Shown: positions 8,234 to 17,244, numbered from the stretch's first letter. The stretch is DNA of 35,760 nucleotides from a virus (IMGVR_UViG_3300020045_009020:1-35760); one strand, 5' to 3'. The notes: generated by a model from the letters alone, not told the origin. Numbers and translations are program-made.

Positions 8234-11136
8234 TGAAAAAACTATTATTTCTACTTCTTTTATTGCCTTCCATATTAAAAGCGGAATATCGGATTAACGA
8301 TTATACGCACAAGCTTGATTATTACAAGAATAATGTTTCAACTGCTACAAAAGCGCAATCATTAATTGGCTATGTAATGGCTAAATCTTATGGAGTTGTA
8401 GGCGATGGAATAACCGACGACACAGCAGCTTTGCAAAATGCAATAAATGCTTGCGGTGCTACTAAAACACTTTTCCTTCCTGACGGTACATTTAAAGTCA
8501 CTTCTACTACCGGCACTTACGCACTAACTTCTTCATGTTCTATCAGAGGAACTGCTCCAAAGAATTGTATCATTTACAATGCCGGTACTGGTTCTGCCAT
8601 GAACTTAAAAGGCTCTGGCTACTATACTACATGGAAGGATTTTCAGGTTAAAGGTTCCACAAATAGTGAAGATGGTATTGTAACGACTTCCACAGGTACT
8701 ATGGGCTGGGAAACGGCTTACGGCTCATTCGAGAATGTGTGGTCACGGAATCACGGGCGTAATGGTTTAGTGCATAGAATGGCATGGGGTACACGATATA
8801 CAGACTGCAAGTTTGAGTATAACGAAGGGCTTGGAGTGTCTGCGGTAACTGAACCCGGAGATGCCGCTTGTTCTTCAGCATTATCGTTTATTAATTGCGA
8901 TTCTCGCTGGAATGGTGGTACAGCCGATGAAACACATACTTTTGATACTGGCGGCGTAAAGTTTTCAGGGGTTGTATCGGCAATATGGTTTAGGGGCGTA
9001 ATTGAATCAAACAACGGATGGGGCGTAATAGTATCAAGTCAGGCATTAAGATACACGGAACAGATACGCATTGACGGCGTTCACATGGAAGATAATCCAC
9101 GTTCGGATTCGGCAACGACTACCGGCGGTGCGATATTTGCGGCAGGTGATTGGGGAAATCTATCAGTTGAGAATACTTGGATAAGCTATGGCGCAAAGGC
9201 TGGCTCTACAGGCTACGGATTATACATTACCGCAGTATCAACTATTCCAGTATTTTACCCAACAGGCGAGAGATTATTTTATGATAATAATAACTGGATG
9301 TACCCGTCAGGTGCTGGTACAAATATAAAAGAGTATTTTGACTATAATTATACCAGAAACAAAACCAAAGCAACTTCAAGCCTAGACATGAATAACTATC
9401 CAATATACGATGCCTCTACAATTTCTATTGCTACAAACTCTGCTTCGGGCTACTTACAAATTAAAGATAAATATATTCTAGTTTCTGCTACGACTTCCAA
9501 AGTTATACAAGGCATAATCAATCAGTATGGTGACGGCGTAACTTATGAATTTTTAGCAGGCACAATATCAGTTAATTCACAGATTAATGTAATGAAGAAT
9601 AATATTACACTTATTGGACAAGGCTATGGAACAGTATTTCTTGCAGAGCCGTGGGCTAATTGGACAACTGCCGGACACATGATTTATAGCTCTGGGACTT
9701 CTGGGCTTACTATTGGCAACATGAAACTTGACGGACTAGCCGCTAACACGGGACAATCTAAATCACCTATTACGCTTCAACGATGCAGTTATGTAGTGAT
9801 AGAAGGCACATGGATTGATTATTCTGACTTGCATGGTATGTATATTGAGGGAAGCGATTATGTTTTTGTGACAAAAAACTTGCTTACCAATATAGATAAT
9901 TCCGCTATATATGTGTACGGCTATGATAACATTGTAGGCGTGTATAGGGGCTATCAAAATAAAGTGTATGACAATCAAATTAGAGTTGCCAGTATCGGAA
10001 TAGATTTTATCTATTGCCGTGCTGGAATAGTTAATGGTAATTATATTTGGGGGACAACTGCATGGGGCATATCTTGCGCCCAGGTCAACTATGGATTGTC
10101 GCTTTTAAACAATACTATATTTGGCGGTGCTGGAGGTGGTATTTTCTTTTACGGAACTACTACAAACGGTTTTACTTGTTCAGCAAATTTAGTATCTTGC
10201 GGCAATATAGGGATGCTTGTGCAGGGTGATATATCGGCAGGCTCTATAACGAATAACTCTATAATAATAACAGGGACAAATAATGGAATAGAAATTGGCA
10301 GTTATAATAATGTATCTAATTTGAATATCATAGGAAATTCAATTATTAATGCAGGCAATACGAAGGCTTCAATCAATGCCTATGATATGTCTAATAGCCT
10401 TGTGGCATTTAATAACTGCTCAAATACTGCAACGGGTAAATCAGAACAAGCTTTCCTATTACAGAAAGGTACAGGCAATGTTATAGCCTCAAACCTTGCA
10501 TACTTACAAGATACAGCCGACTATCAGATTAATGCGTTCTGCTATCAAAACCAACTACTAGGCAACATAGCAAAAGACGGTGTTAAGATTATAGATAATG
10601 GTAGAGATACTTGCTTACAAACATTACAGGATTGTAAGTGGGGCTTCGGGGTAAGCTCGCCAACAGCTACGGTTGATGTTGCTGGGCGAGTAAAAGTTGA
10701 TAATGTGTGGCATGTAGTCGGCGGTACTCATTCGGTTATAAATACCGTGCCTTGCGCTTTAAATACATGGAGTAAGATAACAAACGCAAGCGGCAATTTA
10801 TTTCAAGGAACAGAGGTTGACGGTTTTTCAATGGTAAGCGATTCTATGGTAGTAACCAATGCGGGCGACTATTGGGGAAGTGTAATGATTTCATACGCCG
10901 CAAACTTGGGTAATGATTGGAGTTTTCGTATTAGCGATTTAGACACAGGATTTACTACTCTGCAAGCGGAAGGCGCTTCAACAAGCGGCTCAACAAATGT
11001 TGTAACGGTTACTATTCCGATTTACCTTAAAGCCGCCGCGAATAACAGATTTATACTTGAAGCAATGAATACAAGCACTAACGATGACTTAGATATTCAT
11101 AGCATTAAATTCATTGTTACATATTTGCATGATTAA
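8233..11136 (+). CDS. Tailspike/depolymerase-like protein with two right-handed beta-helix (pectate-lyase-like) regions and a signal peptide
   Basis: Likely start is ATG 8233 (TAATG overlap), MKKLLFLLLLLPSILKA-E. Contains AKSYGVVGDGITDDTAALQNAIN (Pectate_lyase_3-type start), a second helix from NNITLIGQG, Asn/Ile/Gly repeats and GFGVSSPTATVDVAG. Confidence 0.8.
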   Translation: MKKLLFLLLLLPSILKAEYRINDYTHKLDYYKNNVSTATKAQSLIGYVMAKSYGVVGDGITDDTAALQNAINACGATKTLFLPDGTFKVTSTTGTYALTSSCSIRGTAPKNCIIYNAGTGSAMNLKGSGYYTTWKDFQVKGSTNSEDGIVTTSTGTMGWETAYGSFENVWSRNHGRNGLVHRMAWGTRYTDCKFEYNEGLGVSAVTEPGDAACSSALSFINCDSRWNGGTADETHTFDTGGVKFSGVVSAIWFRGVIESNNGWGVIVSSQALRYTEQIRIDGVHMEDNPRSDSATTTGGAIFAAGDWGNLSVENTWISYGAKAGSTGYGLYITAVSTIPVFYPTGERLFYDNNNWMYPSGAGTNIKEYFDYNYTRNKTKATSSLDMNNYPIYDASTISIATNSASGYLQIKDKYILVSATTSKVIQGIINQYGDGVTYEFLAGTISVNSQINVMKNNITLIGQGYGTVFLAEPWANWTTAGHMIYSSGTSGLTIGNMKLDGLAANTGQSKSPITLQRCSYVVIEGTWIDYSDLHGMYIEGSDYVFVTKNLLTNIDNSAIYVYGYDNIVGVYRGYQNKVYDNQIRVASIGIDFIYCRAGIVNGNYIWGTTAWGISCAQVNYGLSLLNNTIFGGAGGGIFFYGTTTNGFTCSANLVSCGNIGMLVQGDISAGSITNNSIIITGTNNGIEIGSYNNVSNLNIIGNSIINAGNTKASINAYDMSNSLVAFNNCSNTATGKSEQAFLLQKGTGNVIASNLAYLQDTADYQINAFCYQNQLLGNIAKDGVKIIDNGRDTCLQTLQDCKWGFGVSSPTATVDVAGRVKVDNVWHVVGGTHSVINTVPCALNTWSKITNASGNLFQGTEVDGFSMVSDSMVVTNAGDYWGSVMISYAANLGNDWSFRISDLDTGFTTLQAEGASTSGSTNVVTVTIPIYLKAAANNRFILEAMNTSTNDDLDIHSIKFIVTYLHD

Positions 11137-11245
11137 AGAAATTATTGAATTGTTAAAATTAATGTTATTAGAAATGAAACTTACAAACTCATATTTAAGA
11201 TGCTTAACAGACAGGATTGAAAAAATAATAGAGCAAGAGGACTAA
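11129..11245 (+). CDS. Small hypothetical protein (38 aa)
   Basis: Manually translated MIKEIIELLKLMLLEMKLTNSYLRCLTDRIEKIIEQED; exactly fills the intergenic gap. Confidence 0.5.
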   Translation: MIKEIIELLKLMLLEMKLTNSYLRCLTDRIEKIIEQED

Positions 11246-11246
11246 A

Positions 11247-11495
11247 ATGGCAAAGATAAGTATTGATATTAAAGATGAACCGCTTATATTTCAGGCATTC
11301 TTACGTAAATATCCGATGCCGGATGCTTTTAAAAAGCCGGAAGATTGGATAAAAGAGAAATTTCGCAGAGATATTAAAATGATTGTGCAGGAATACGTTG
11401 AAAGTAATGTAATGCTAGAGGCAAATACTCAAGTAAATGAAATACTTAAAAATGCAAAAGATTCAATAATTGTGAAGGACGACATTACGGAATAA
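11247..11495 (+). CDS. Hypothetical protein
   Basis: GAGGA RBS; open frame. Confidence 0.65.
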   Translation: MAKISIDIKDEPLIFQAFLRKYPMPDAFKKPEDWIKEKFRRDIKMIVQEYVESNVMLEANTQVNEILKNAKDSIIVKDDITE

Positions 11496-11508
11496 GGGGC
11501 TACTAGAC

Positions 11509-11805
11509 ATGGGCGAGAAAAACGAATACTTCGAAGAGCGCAGGGCCGCAGATAAACGCATAGAAGCAATCCAAAAAACTGTTGAGGACATACGCAATAT
11601 CTTGCAAAGTGAACACGGAATTTGCGTAAGAATGAGTATTGTAGAAAGCCGGATACAGTCAACACAAACAGAGCTTTCAGAGCATAAAGAGGATCACAAA
11701 GTAAAAGACAAGGAAAAAAAAGAAACAAGTTTCCGCTGGCTAGATATATTGCTAGTAGTCGGAATGTTTGTGTTAGGGATATTAGGCTACATAAAGGCAA
11801 AATAA
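11509..11805 (+). CDS. Coiled-coil protein with C-terminal TM helix (lysis-region, holin/XhlA-like)
   Basis: ERRA motif, heptad region, C-terminal WLDILLVVGMFVLGILGYI. Confidence 0.55.
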   Translation: MGEKNEYFEERRAADKRIEAIQKTVEDIRNILQSEHGICVRMSIVESRIQSTQTELSEHKEDHKVKDKEKKETSFRWLDILLVVGMFVLGILGYIKAK

Positions 11806-11975
11806 TGAACGAAGTGCTGGAGCATTGCCCCGAGTGTTTGAATAAACATGATGAACGGATCGAGCTTGAACCTATAGAATGGTCGCCATTTGGGAAAGTG
11901 TTTCATTGCAGGAATTGCGGGAAAGAATATCAATACAAGGATTTGGAAGTAAAAATTGACACAAAAGGAGCGTAA
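11805..11975 (+). CDS. Small Cys4 zinc-ribbon protein (56 aa)
   Basis: Manually translated MNEVLEHCPECL...FHCRNCGKEY; TAATG coupling. Confidence 0.65.
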   Translation: MNEVLEHCPECLNKHDERIELEPIEWSPFGKVFHCRNCGKEYQYKDLEVKIDTKGA

Positions 11976-11976
11976 C

Positions 11977-12306
11977 ATGGACACAAACCAGTTGAAAGAG
12001 AAGATTTATGCGGCATTTGTAGGAAGAGAAGGTGAGTTAAACCTTATCAAAGCTAGTGTTGAGAAATTTATTATGGATGTTTTGGGCGATGTTAAAGAAG
12101 TAATCATTGAACTACCGGAATTGAATGACGCAGTAAATCTAGGTATTGAAATTGCCGACGATAAGACAAATACGGGACTGCTGGACATTATAGACTCCAA
12201 TATTGCTAAACTTGTTGTGGGTAGGATTATCAATGACAAGATGAAGCTTTGGTACACGACTGAAAGAGCGAAACTTTTGGAGTCGGCTAATAACGCAGGC
12301 ATATAG
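11977..12306 (+). CDS. Hypothetical protein
   Basis: Start moved to ATG 11977 behind an AAAGGAGC RBS. Confidence 0.65.
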   Translation: MDTNQLKEKIYAAFVGREGELNLIKASVEKFIMDVLGDVKEVIIELPELNDAVNLGIEIADDKTNTGLLDIIDSNIAKLVVGRIINDKMKLWYTTERAKLLESANNAGI

Positions 12307-12308
12307 TC

Positions 12309-12539
12309 ATGGGCGCTTTCGACCTTACAACAAATAGAGGTGTTAAGCTAACTATCATCGGCGCCCTTGCGGGTACGATTGTGCGGGTAGGGCTTTGCTT
12401 TATTCCGCAGGTGCCGGCTTCCGTCGCCGATCAGATTTTCTGGGGCGTCGTGGGGATATTCGGCGGAAATGTAGTATCGCAACGGGTTGCCGACGGTATG
12501 TCAAAGGGCGCAACTGCAACAATAACTAACAAGGAATAA
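12309..12539 (+). CDS. Probable holin (two TM helices)
   Basis: Two hydrophobic helices; upstream of the endolysin. Confidence 0.55.
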   Translation: MGAFDLTTNRGVKLTIIGALAGTIVRVGLCFIPQVPASVADQIFWGVVGIFGGNVVSQRVADGMSKGATATITNKE

Positions 12540-12641
12540 AATGTTAATAGACTTTGTAAGGCAATATAAATGGCGCTTTTCAGTCAATTACCGCTTCACA
12601 AAGATGAATATCAGGTACTTATTAAGGAAACTATTTAAAAG

Positions 12642-12965
12642 ATGAATAGGCGAGAATTTACAAAAAATATAGCAACATTAATATTGCAAATGATAACAGA
12701 CGGCAATGAGCCGGTAATTGATTATCTATTACGCTCAACAGAAGAGCAACAACGCTTATTTGCAAAGGGTGTTACGAAATGTGACGGAATCAAAAAAATA
12801 TCACAACATCAAAAGGCATTGGCTGCTGATATTTACTTTGTTGTAGATGGAAAAGTAGATTTTTCCTATTTTAAGACAGCAGAACTTGCGATAAAATATC
12901 ATGATTTATGGGTGACAATGGGCGGAAGAACTATGATTTCTTGGGATAAACCGCATTATGAATAG
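12642..12965 (+). CDS. Endolysin, peptidase M15 family (L-Ala-D-Glu peptidase-like)
   Basis: RSTEEQQRLFAKG, SQHQKALAAD (SxH...D) and WDKPHYE zinc motifs. Confidence 0.85.
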   Translation: MNRREFTKNIATLILQMITDGNEPVIDYLLRSTEEQQRLFAKGVTKCDGIKKISQHQKALAADIYFVVDGKVDFSYFKTAELAIKYHDLWVTMGGRTMISWDKPHYE

Positions 12966-12967
12966 TA

Positions 12968-12996
12968 TTTACAAATAATCATTAATATTGTAAAAT
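12968..12996 (+). promoter_or_regulatory. sigma70-like promoter
   Basis: TTTACA-17-TAAAAT in intergenic DNA. Confidence 0.6.
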
Positions 12997-13005
12997 ATCT
13001 TTATT

Positions 13006-13110
13006 AAAATGAATCCGCAAAATTCAAACTACTATTCTAATATTCTTAATAACGAGCAGGATTTTAAAACATTTCTTTGCGGATTCGTTTTGCCTGCTCG
13101 TTCTATTTTT
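13006..13110 (+). promoter_or_regulatory. Structured leader 1 (hairpin plus terminator-like hairpin with complementary loops)
   Basis: TGAAT-CCGCAAA-ATTCA (13010-13026). AACGAGCAGG...CCTGCTCGTT (13051-13102) plus T tract encloses TTTGCGG (13076-13082). Confidence 0.65.
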
Positions 13111-13124
13111 ATTGGAGATAAAAT

Positions 13125-13430
13125 ATGAAGGAAATGTGGCGAGATATAAAAGGATATGAAGGGTTTTATCAGGTTAGTAATTTAGGCAGGATTAAGGGAC
13201 TTAGTAGATTAGTACAACATTCAGTTGGATTTTTAAAAAAACTGAAAGGACGAATTCGGAAACTTAATTTATTTGGAATGGAGAATGACCCTGTTATATG
13301 TTGGGCTAACATTTTTTTAGTTTTGTTGGTAGTAGGCTTAATATACTTATTCGGATGGGCTTTTTTCAGGGGTGTAGACATACTGCACGATTACGATCAG
13401 AAAGTTTATGAAAAAAATAGTTTGAAATAA
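13125..13430 (+). CDS. NUMOD4-domain protein lacking HNH, fused to a TM segment
   Basis: EMWRDIKGYEGFYQVSNLGRIK is the NUMOD4 motif; the C-terminal half is a hydrophobic helix. Confidence 0.75.
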   Translation: MKEMWRDIKGYEGFYQVSNLGRIKGLSRLVQHSVGFLKKLKGRIRKLNLFGMENDPVICWANIFLVLLVVGLIYLFGWAFFRGVDILHDYDQKVYEKNSLK

Positions 13431-13433
13431 TGC

Positions 13434-13462
13434 TTGACTTTATATAAAATCTTATGTATAAT
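13434..13462 (+). promoter_or_regulatory. Near-consensus sigma70 promoter (probable early promoter)
   Basis: TTGACT-17-TATAAT ahead of the accessory gene run. Confidence 0.8.
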
Positions 13463-13494
13463 TGTAATGAGAGGATATAAGGGGGGTGCTTAAA

Positions 13495-13632
13495 ATGCAA
13501 CTAACCAAAAAGACAAAGTTAGCATACAAAAACAATAGCTGGGTAGCCATTAGAGGCAACAAAATTAGAGAGCTAGACCAGTCGAGAGCATTTAAAATTG
13601 TATTGTTGGCAAAATATCATAAAGGATTATAA
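13495..13632 (+). CDS. Small basic protein (45 aa)
   Basis: Manually translated MQLTKKTKLAY...; G-rich RBS. Confidence 0.55.
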   Translation: MQLTKKTKLAYKNNSWVAIRGNKIRELDQSRAFKIVLLAKYHKGL

Positions 13633-13797
13633 ATGAAAATAACTAGCTGTAAAATTTGCAGTAAGGTATTCCGGCCCAAACATCCGGCGCATAAAATATG
13701 CTCAAAAAAGTGTTACAAACAATCAAGAGTATTAATCAATAGACGCTATGCACTAAAGGTTAAGAACGCCAAAGAACTTAAAAATATTGAAATATAA
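13633..13797 (+). CDS. Small zinc-finger protein (54 aa)
   Basis: Manually translated; CKICSKVF...KICSKKC. Confidence 0.65.
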   Translation: MKITSCKICSKVFRPKHPAHKICSKKCYKQSRVLINRRYALKVKNAKELKNIEI

Positions 13798-13808
13798 GTG
13801 AGGTAATC

Positions 13809-14018
13809 ATGTCATTATTTCAGTGGCTCGAAAACAGCGTCATAGATTTACAGCTTAAAATCGAAACTGAACGTGAAGGGAAAATTTACTTACTACCTGA
13901 GGAACAACGAAGAATTGACGCCGCAATACAGACTATAGTTGATATCCTCGAATCTTCCTGCAAAACTACCACTGCCGATCCTGATATAAAAAATGATGAA
14001 GCTCAACTTACGAGATAA
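13809..14018 (+). CDS. Hypothetical protein
   Basis: GAGG RBS; open frame. Confidence 0.6.
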   Translation: MSLFQWLENSVIDLQLKIETEREGKIYLLPEEQRRIDAAIQTIVDILESSCKTTTADPDIKNDEAQLTR

Positions 14019-14021
14019 CTG

Positions 14022-14123
14022 ATGACTCCTACAGAAACTAACGTGTTAATTATCTGTTGTATTATTATTGCTGTTTTATTTGTGGCAGCGGCCATAATAG
14101 ATAGTAAATTTTTGCATAAATGA
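14022..14123 (+). CDS. Single-TM micro-protein (33 aa)
   Basis: Manually translated MTPTETNVLIICCIIIAVLFVAAAIIDSKFLHK. Confidence 0.5.
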   Translation: MTPTETNVLIICCIIIAVLFVAAAIIDSKFLHK

Positions 14124-14135
14124 GGAGCGTAACCC

Positions 14136-14270
14136 ATGAAACTCTACCAGCTATTAATTTTAGCAATTCTACTCGGTATTTTAGTAGAAAAAGGCATTGT
14201 TAGAAATCAAAATCCAAACGGACAACGTAATATCAGTTACGAGGTTATTGAGTCAACGGGGGTAAGATGA
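14136..14270 (+). CDS. Small protein with hydrophobic N-terminus (44 aa)
   Basis: GAGGAGC RBS; ATGA overlap with the next gene. Confidence 0.5.
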   Translation: MKLYQLLILAILLGILVEKGIVRNQNPNGQRNISYEVIESTGVR

Positions 14271-14473
14271 CTGTTCCATTTGTAGCAATAAGCAATGACG
14301 AACTAGGCGAACCAATAGGCGAATATACAATATGCCCTAAATGCCATAAAAAGCACTTAGTTAGGTACGGAGATAGAATTATAGGCAGGAAAAAAGTTAA
14401 ATCTACCCTTTTAGGATATGTAAAATGTGGTAAACATTGCTATATGGTTGCTGTCAAGGGATTGAAGGTATGA
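14267..14473 (+). CDS. Small Cys-rich protein
   Basis: CPKC...H and C-terminal cysteines. Confidence 0.6.
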   Translation: MTVPFVAISNDELGEPIGEYTICPKCHKKHLVRYGDRIIGRKKVKSTLLGYVKCGKHCYMVAVKGLKV

Positions 14474-14616
14474 AAAATAAAAACTTAAAAATGACAGATG
14501 ATGATGCGTTAAGAATAATTATGTTTCTTATTAAATACTTAAATTGGGGTAAAAATAAGCAGTATACACTGATTGACTGGCATAAAATCAAAAAAGAACT
14601 TATGAGGATTAAATGA
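14470..14616 (+). CDS. Small hypothetical protein (48 aa)
   Basis: ATGA overlaps at both ends. Confidence 0.5.
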   Translation: MKNKNLKMTDDDALRIIMFLIKYLNWGKNKQYTLIDWHKIKKELMRIK

Positions 14617-14936
14617 ACAGGGTAATAAAAGACCTAAAAGACATACTTGAGATACATCATGTAGCTATACATTTAGCTAAACATACAGACCAATTTGTAG
14701 TCATTGACCCGAAACAAGTGGCTGAATATATTTATGGCGTTGGTTATAGAAAGACAAATGAGTATTGCAATTGGAAGCCTAATCCTGATTATGAAGATTG
14801 TGGCGGCGGATATGATACATCTTGTAAAAGGCAGTTTGTATCAGAATACACACTAGAAGAATGTGATGCTGTTTATTGCCAATTTTGCGGAAAGAAAATA
14901 AAGGTTGTGAAATCTAAAGGAGGTAGTAGTGAATAG
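14613..14936 (+). CDS. Hypothetical protein with C-terminal zinc ribbon
   Basis: YCNW...YDTSC...YCQFCGKKI. Confidence 0.65.
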   Translation: MNRVIKDLKDILEIHHVAIHLAKHTDQFVVIDPKQVAEYIYGVGYRKTNEYCNWKPNPDYEDCGGGYDTSCKRQFVSEYTLEECDAVYCQFCGKKIKVVKSKGGSSE

Positions 14937-15129
14937 AAATGATATAAGTCAAATGCTTTTAGCTGTAGTAAACTCAAAAAGTATGCCTTTTCACTGCAAG
15001 GATAGATTGGAAAAGGAACTATTGTGTATCTTGCACGAATGCGACGAAGCCGAACGCCAAAACAAAGGCGATTCAATAATAATACCAATTATGCCTACAC
15101 TTAAAGTATTGCTAGAAAAAGGAGAATAA
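14929..15129 (+). CDS. Hypothetical protein
   Basis: AGGAGG RBS; GTG start. Confidence 0.6.
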   Translation: MNRNDISQMLLAVVNSKSMPFHCKDRLEKELLCILHECDEAERQNKGDSIIIPIMPTLKVLLEKGE

Positions 15130-15131
15130 CT

Positions 15132-15428
15132 ATGAAACAGTATAAACTTAAAGTTGACTTTTTAGGATTTAAGAAAGATACACTATTAGAATATATCATA
15201 AATAAAAATTGGTATGTGATAAAAAATTTAGCCCTTGACGATATTGTTTTTGGCATTGATATATCACTCATAAAAGCAAATCCTGAAATATTCGAGCCTG
15301 TATTATGCCTTGAGGATGAACTTTACAGACTATTAACAGAATATGCTCGATTAAATATCCAAAATCAGGCTGTTTCGACAGTTGAATACCGCAACAAAAT
15401 AATCAAACTTTTTGAGGATAGGAAATGA
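15132..15428 (+). CDS. Hypothetical protein
   Basis: AGGAG RBS. Confidence 0.6.
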   Translation: MKQYKLKVDFLGFKKDTLLEYIINKNWYVIKNLALDDIVFGIDISLIKANPEIFEPVLCLEDELYRLLTEYARLNIQNQAVSTVEYRNKIIKLFEDRK

Positions 15429-15793
15429 AACTAACTGATATTGTTGTAAGCTTACCACTGGCAAAGAAGCTTAAGAGATTAAAGCTGGACTATCCCGAGA
15501 GTTTATATTATTGGGATAGCCATGCCACAGACAAGGTTACAGGGAAATACGGCATAACTTCCGACGGAGAGTATAAGGCCTATACTTCGGCGGAACTTTG
15601 GGAAATAATTCCAGATTCAATGTTTTTAGACGATAAAGAATGTCACTTTGGAATCACAAAAACACCTTACTGGTATGAGTGCGGGTATCGTGAAATAATT
15701 TATAGGTATCCTTACACAAGGCTTACTTTGGGCAAGACAGAAGCCGACGCACTTGCTGAAATGCTGATTTGGCTTAGTGGGGTGAGGAAATGA
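15425..15793 (+). CDS. Hypothetical phage protein
   Basis: VVSLPLAKKLKRL...AYTSAELWEIIP...TEADALAEMLIWL; ATGA overlaps. Confidence 0.65.
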   Translation: MKLTDIVVSLPLAKKLKRLKLDYPESLYYWDSHATDKVTGKYGITSDGEYKAYTSAELWEIIPDSMFLDDKECHFGITKTPYWYECGYREIIYRYPYTRLTLGKTEADALAEMLIWLSGVRK

Positions 15794-16404
15794 AAACCAT
15801 AATCATACTCTTATTATTTACCACAAACGCTTATGGGTTTGCACCGATGCTAGTAAGCCAGATGCCGAAAGAGGCACAGGATAAGTACATTACAAATGCA
15901 ATAATTGATGTGGTATGCAAGGAAGCAGGCGTTACATTTGCTGGGCGCATGGAACATATTGGAATTGATTATGTGTATATAACAGAGCCACAAACCAAAT
16001 CAACAATAATGATAAAGCTTGCAGATTTCAATGAGGAGTTTATCAAACATGCTATTGAGGCAAAGCGTAAACAATTTTCTGATTATAAAAAAGGTAATGG
16101 GAAACCTAAGCCACAAATGCCTATTGATTTAAAAGAATCACATAGGGCGCAGGTGGTTTGTGAGGAGTTGGGCCTACAATTCGTAATGTATTACAATGGT
16201 AAAGTATTTTTCAATGTTCCTGAAATTCCCACTACACTTTTTATGAATTTAGAGGGATTTAATGAACGTTCAGCAAGTTTGTATATCAATGAAATTAAGC
16301 TAGAACAGCATAGAATGTACCAGAAGGCAATGGATAATTTAAGGAAATTTAAAATACGTGACTTTAACGTTGAACAAGTTAAGGAATTGCTGGGGGCGAA
16401 ATAA
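15790..16404 (+). CDS. Signal-peptide protein with an internally duplicated domain of about 55 aa
   Basis: MKTIIILLLFTTNAYG; VVCKEAGVTF...FNE and VVCEELGLQF...FNE. Confidence 0.65.
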   Translation: MKTIIILLLFTTNAYGFAPMLVSQMPKEAQDKYITNAIIDVVCKEAGVTFAGRMEHIGIDYVYITEPQTKSTIMIKLADFNEEFIKHAIEAKRKQFSDYKKGNGKPKPQMPIDLKESHRAQVVCEELGLQFVMYYNGKVFFNVPEIPTTLFMNLEGFNERSASLYINEIKLEQHRMYQKAMDNLRKFKIRDFNVEQVKELLGAK

Positions 16405-16405
16405 A

Positions 16406-16633
16406 ATGAGTGCATGGGTAAAATGTTCGTGTATGGGTTCCAAACAAGTCAAAATGAAAAAATGGCGAGTATTGCATCTGAAACATAATCATTCATACTT
16501 TGAGTCACCAAAAGGCGGTGAACATCCCTCTAATTATTCTCAAATTATTTGTATTGCAAAAGGTTGTTTGGGAAATTTTAGGACGAAAGCAAATTATGTA
16601 TATAGTCTTAAAAGTGCAAAAATGAACGATTAA
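16406..16633 (+). CDS. Small Cys-rich protein
   Basis: Start moved to ATG 16406 behind GGGGGCGAAA; CSC...CIAKGC. Confidence 0.6.
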   Translation: MSAWVKCSCMGSKQVKMKKWRVLHLKHNHSYFESPKGGEHPSNYSQIICIAKGCLGNFRTKANYVYSLKSAKMND

Positions 16634-16649
16634 AATTATTGGGGGCGAA

Positions 16650-17243
16650 ATGACACCAGAAGAATTGAAAGAATGTTTAGCGTTGCATTTAGCATGGCTG
16701 AAAGATAACACAAAGGGGGAAAGAGCCAACTTGCGCTATGCCAGCTTGCGCTCTGCCGACTTGAGCTCTGCCGACTTGAGCTATGCCGACTTGAGCTATG
16801 CCAATTTGAGCTATGCCAACTTGAGCTCTGCCAACTTGAGCTGTGCCAACTTGAGCTGTGCCAACTTGAGCTCTGCCGACTTTAGCTATGCCAACTTGAG
16901 CTCTGCCGACTTGAGCTCTGCCGACTTGAGCTCTGCCGACTTGAGCTGTGCCAACTTGAGCTCTGCCGACTTTAGCTATGCCAACTTGAGCTCTGCCGAC
17001 TTGAGCTGTGCCAACTTGAGCTGTGCCGACTTGAGCAAACGCTACATACAAATATCATGTATTGGCAGTCGTAAAGATATGACAACGTATTGTTTTGATG
17101 ATGATATTATTTGGTGTGGATGTTATTCCGGCACTCTCGATGATTTTGAACAAAGAGTTAAAGAAACACACAAAGATAATCCACGTTATCTTAAAGAATA
17201 TCTTGAAGCGATAAAGCTATTTCGGGCATTAAAAGGAGCTTAA
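16650..17243 (+). CDS. Pentapeptide-repeat protein
   Basis: A[D/N]LS[S/Y/C] repeats, with HLAWL...GERANL N-cap and IGSR...IWCGC...F C-terminal domain. Confidence 0.95.
   Translation: MTPEELKECLALHLAWLKDNTKGERANLRYASLRSADLSSADLSYADLSYANLSYANLSSANLSCANLSCANLSSADFSYANLSSADLSSADLSSADLSCANLSSADFSYANLSSADLSCANLSCADLSKRYIQISCIGSRKDMTTYCFDDDIIWCGCYSGTLDDFEQRVKETHKDNPRYLKEYLEAIKLFRALKGA
16725..17039 (+). repeat. 21 tandem 15-bp units, consensus GCC[A/G]ACTTGAGCT[A/C/G]T
   Basis: Directly visible tandem array of 315 bp. Confidence 0.95.
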
Positions 17244-17244
17244 A

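Noticed and set aside
16725-17039. CRISPR array
   Set aside because: Contiguous 15-bp coding repeats with no spacers.
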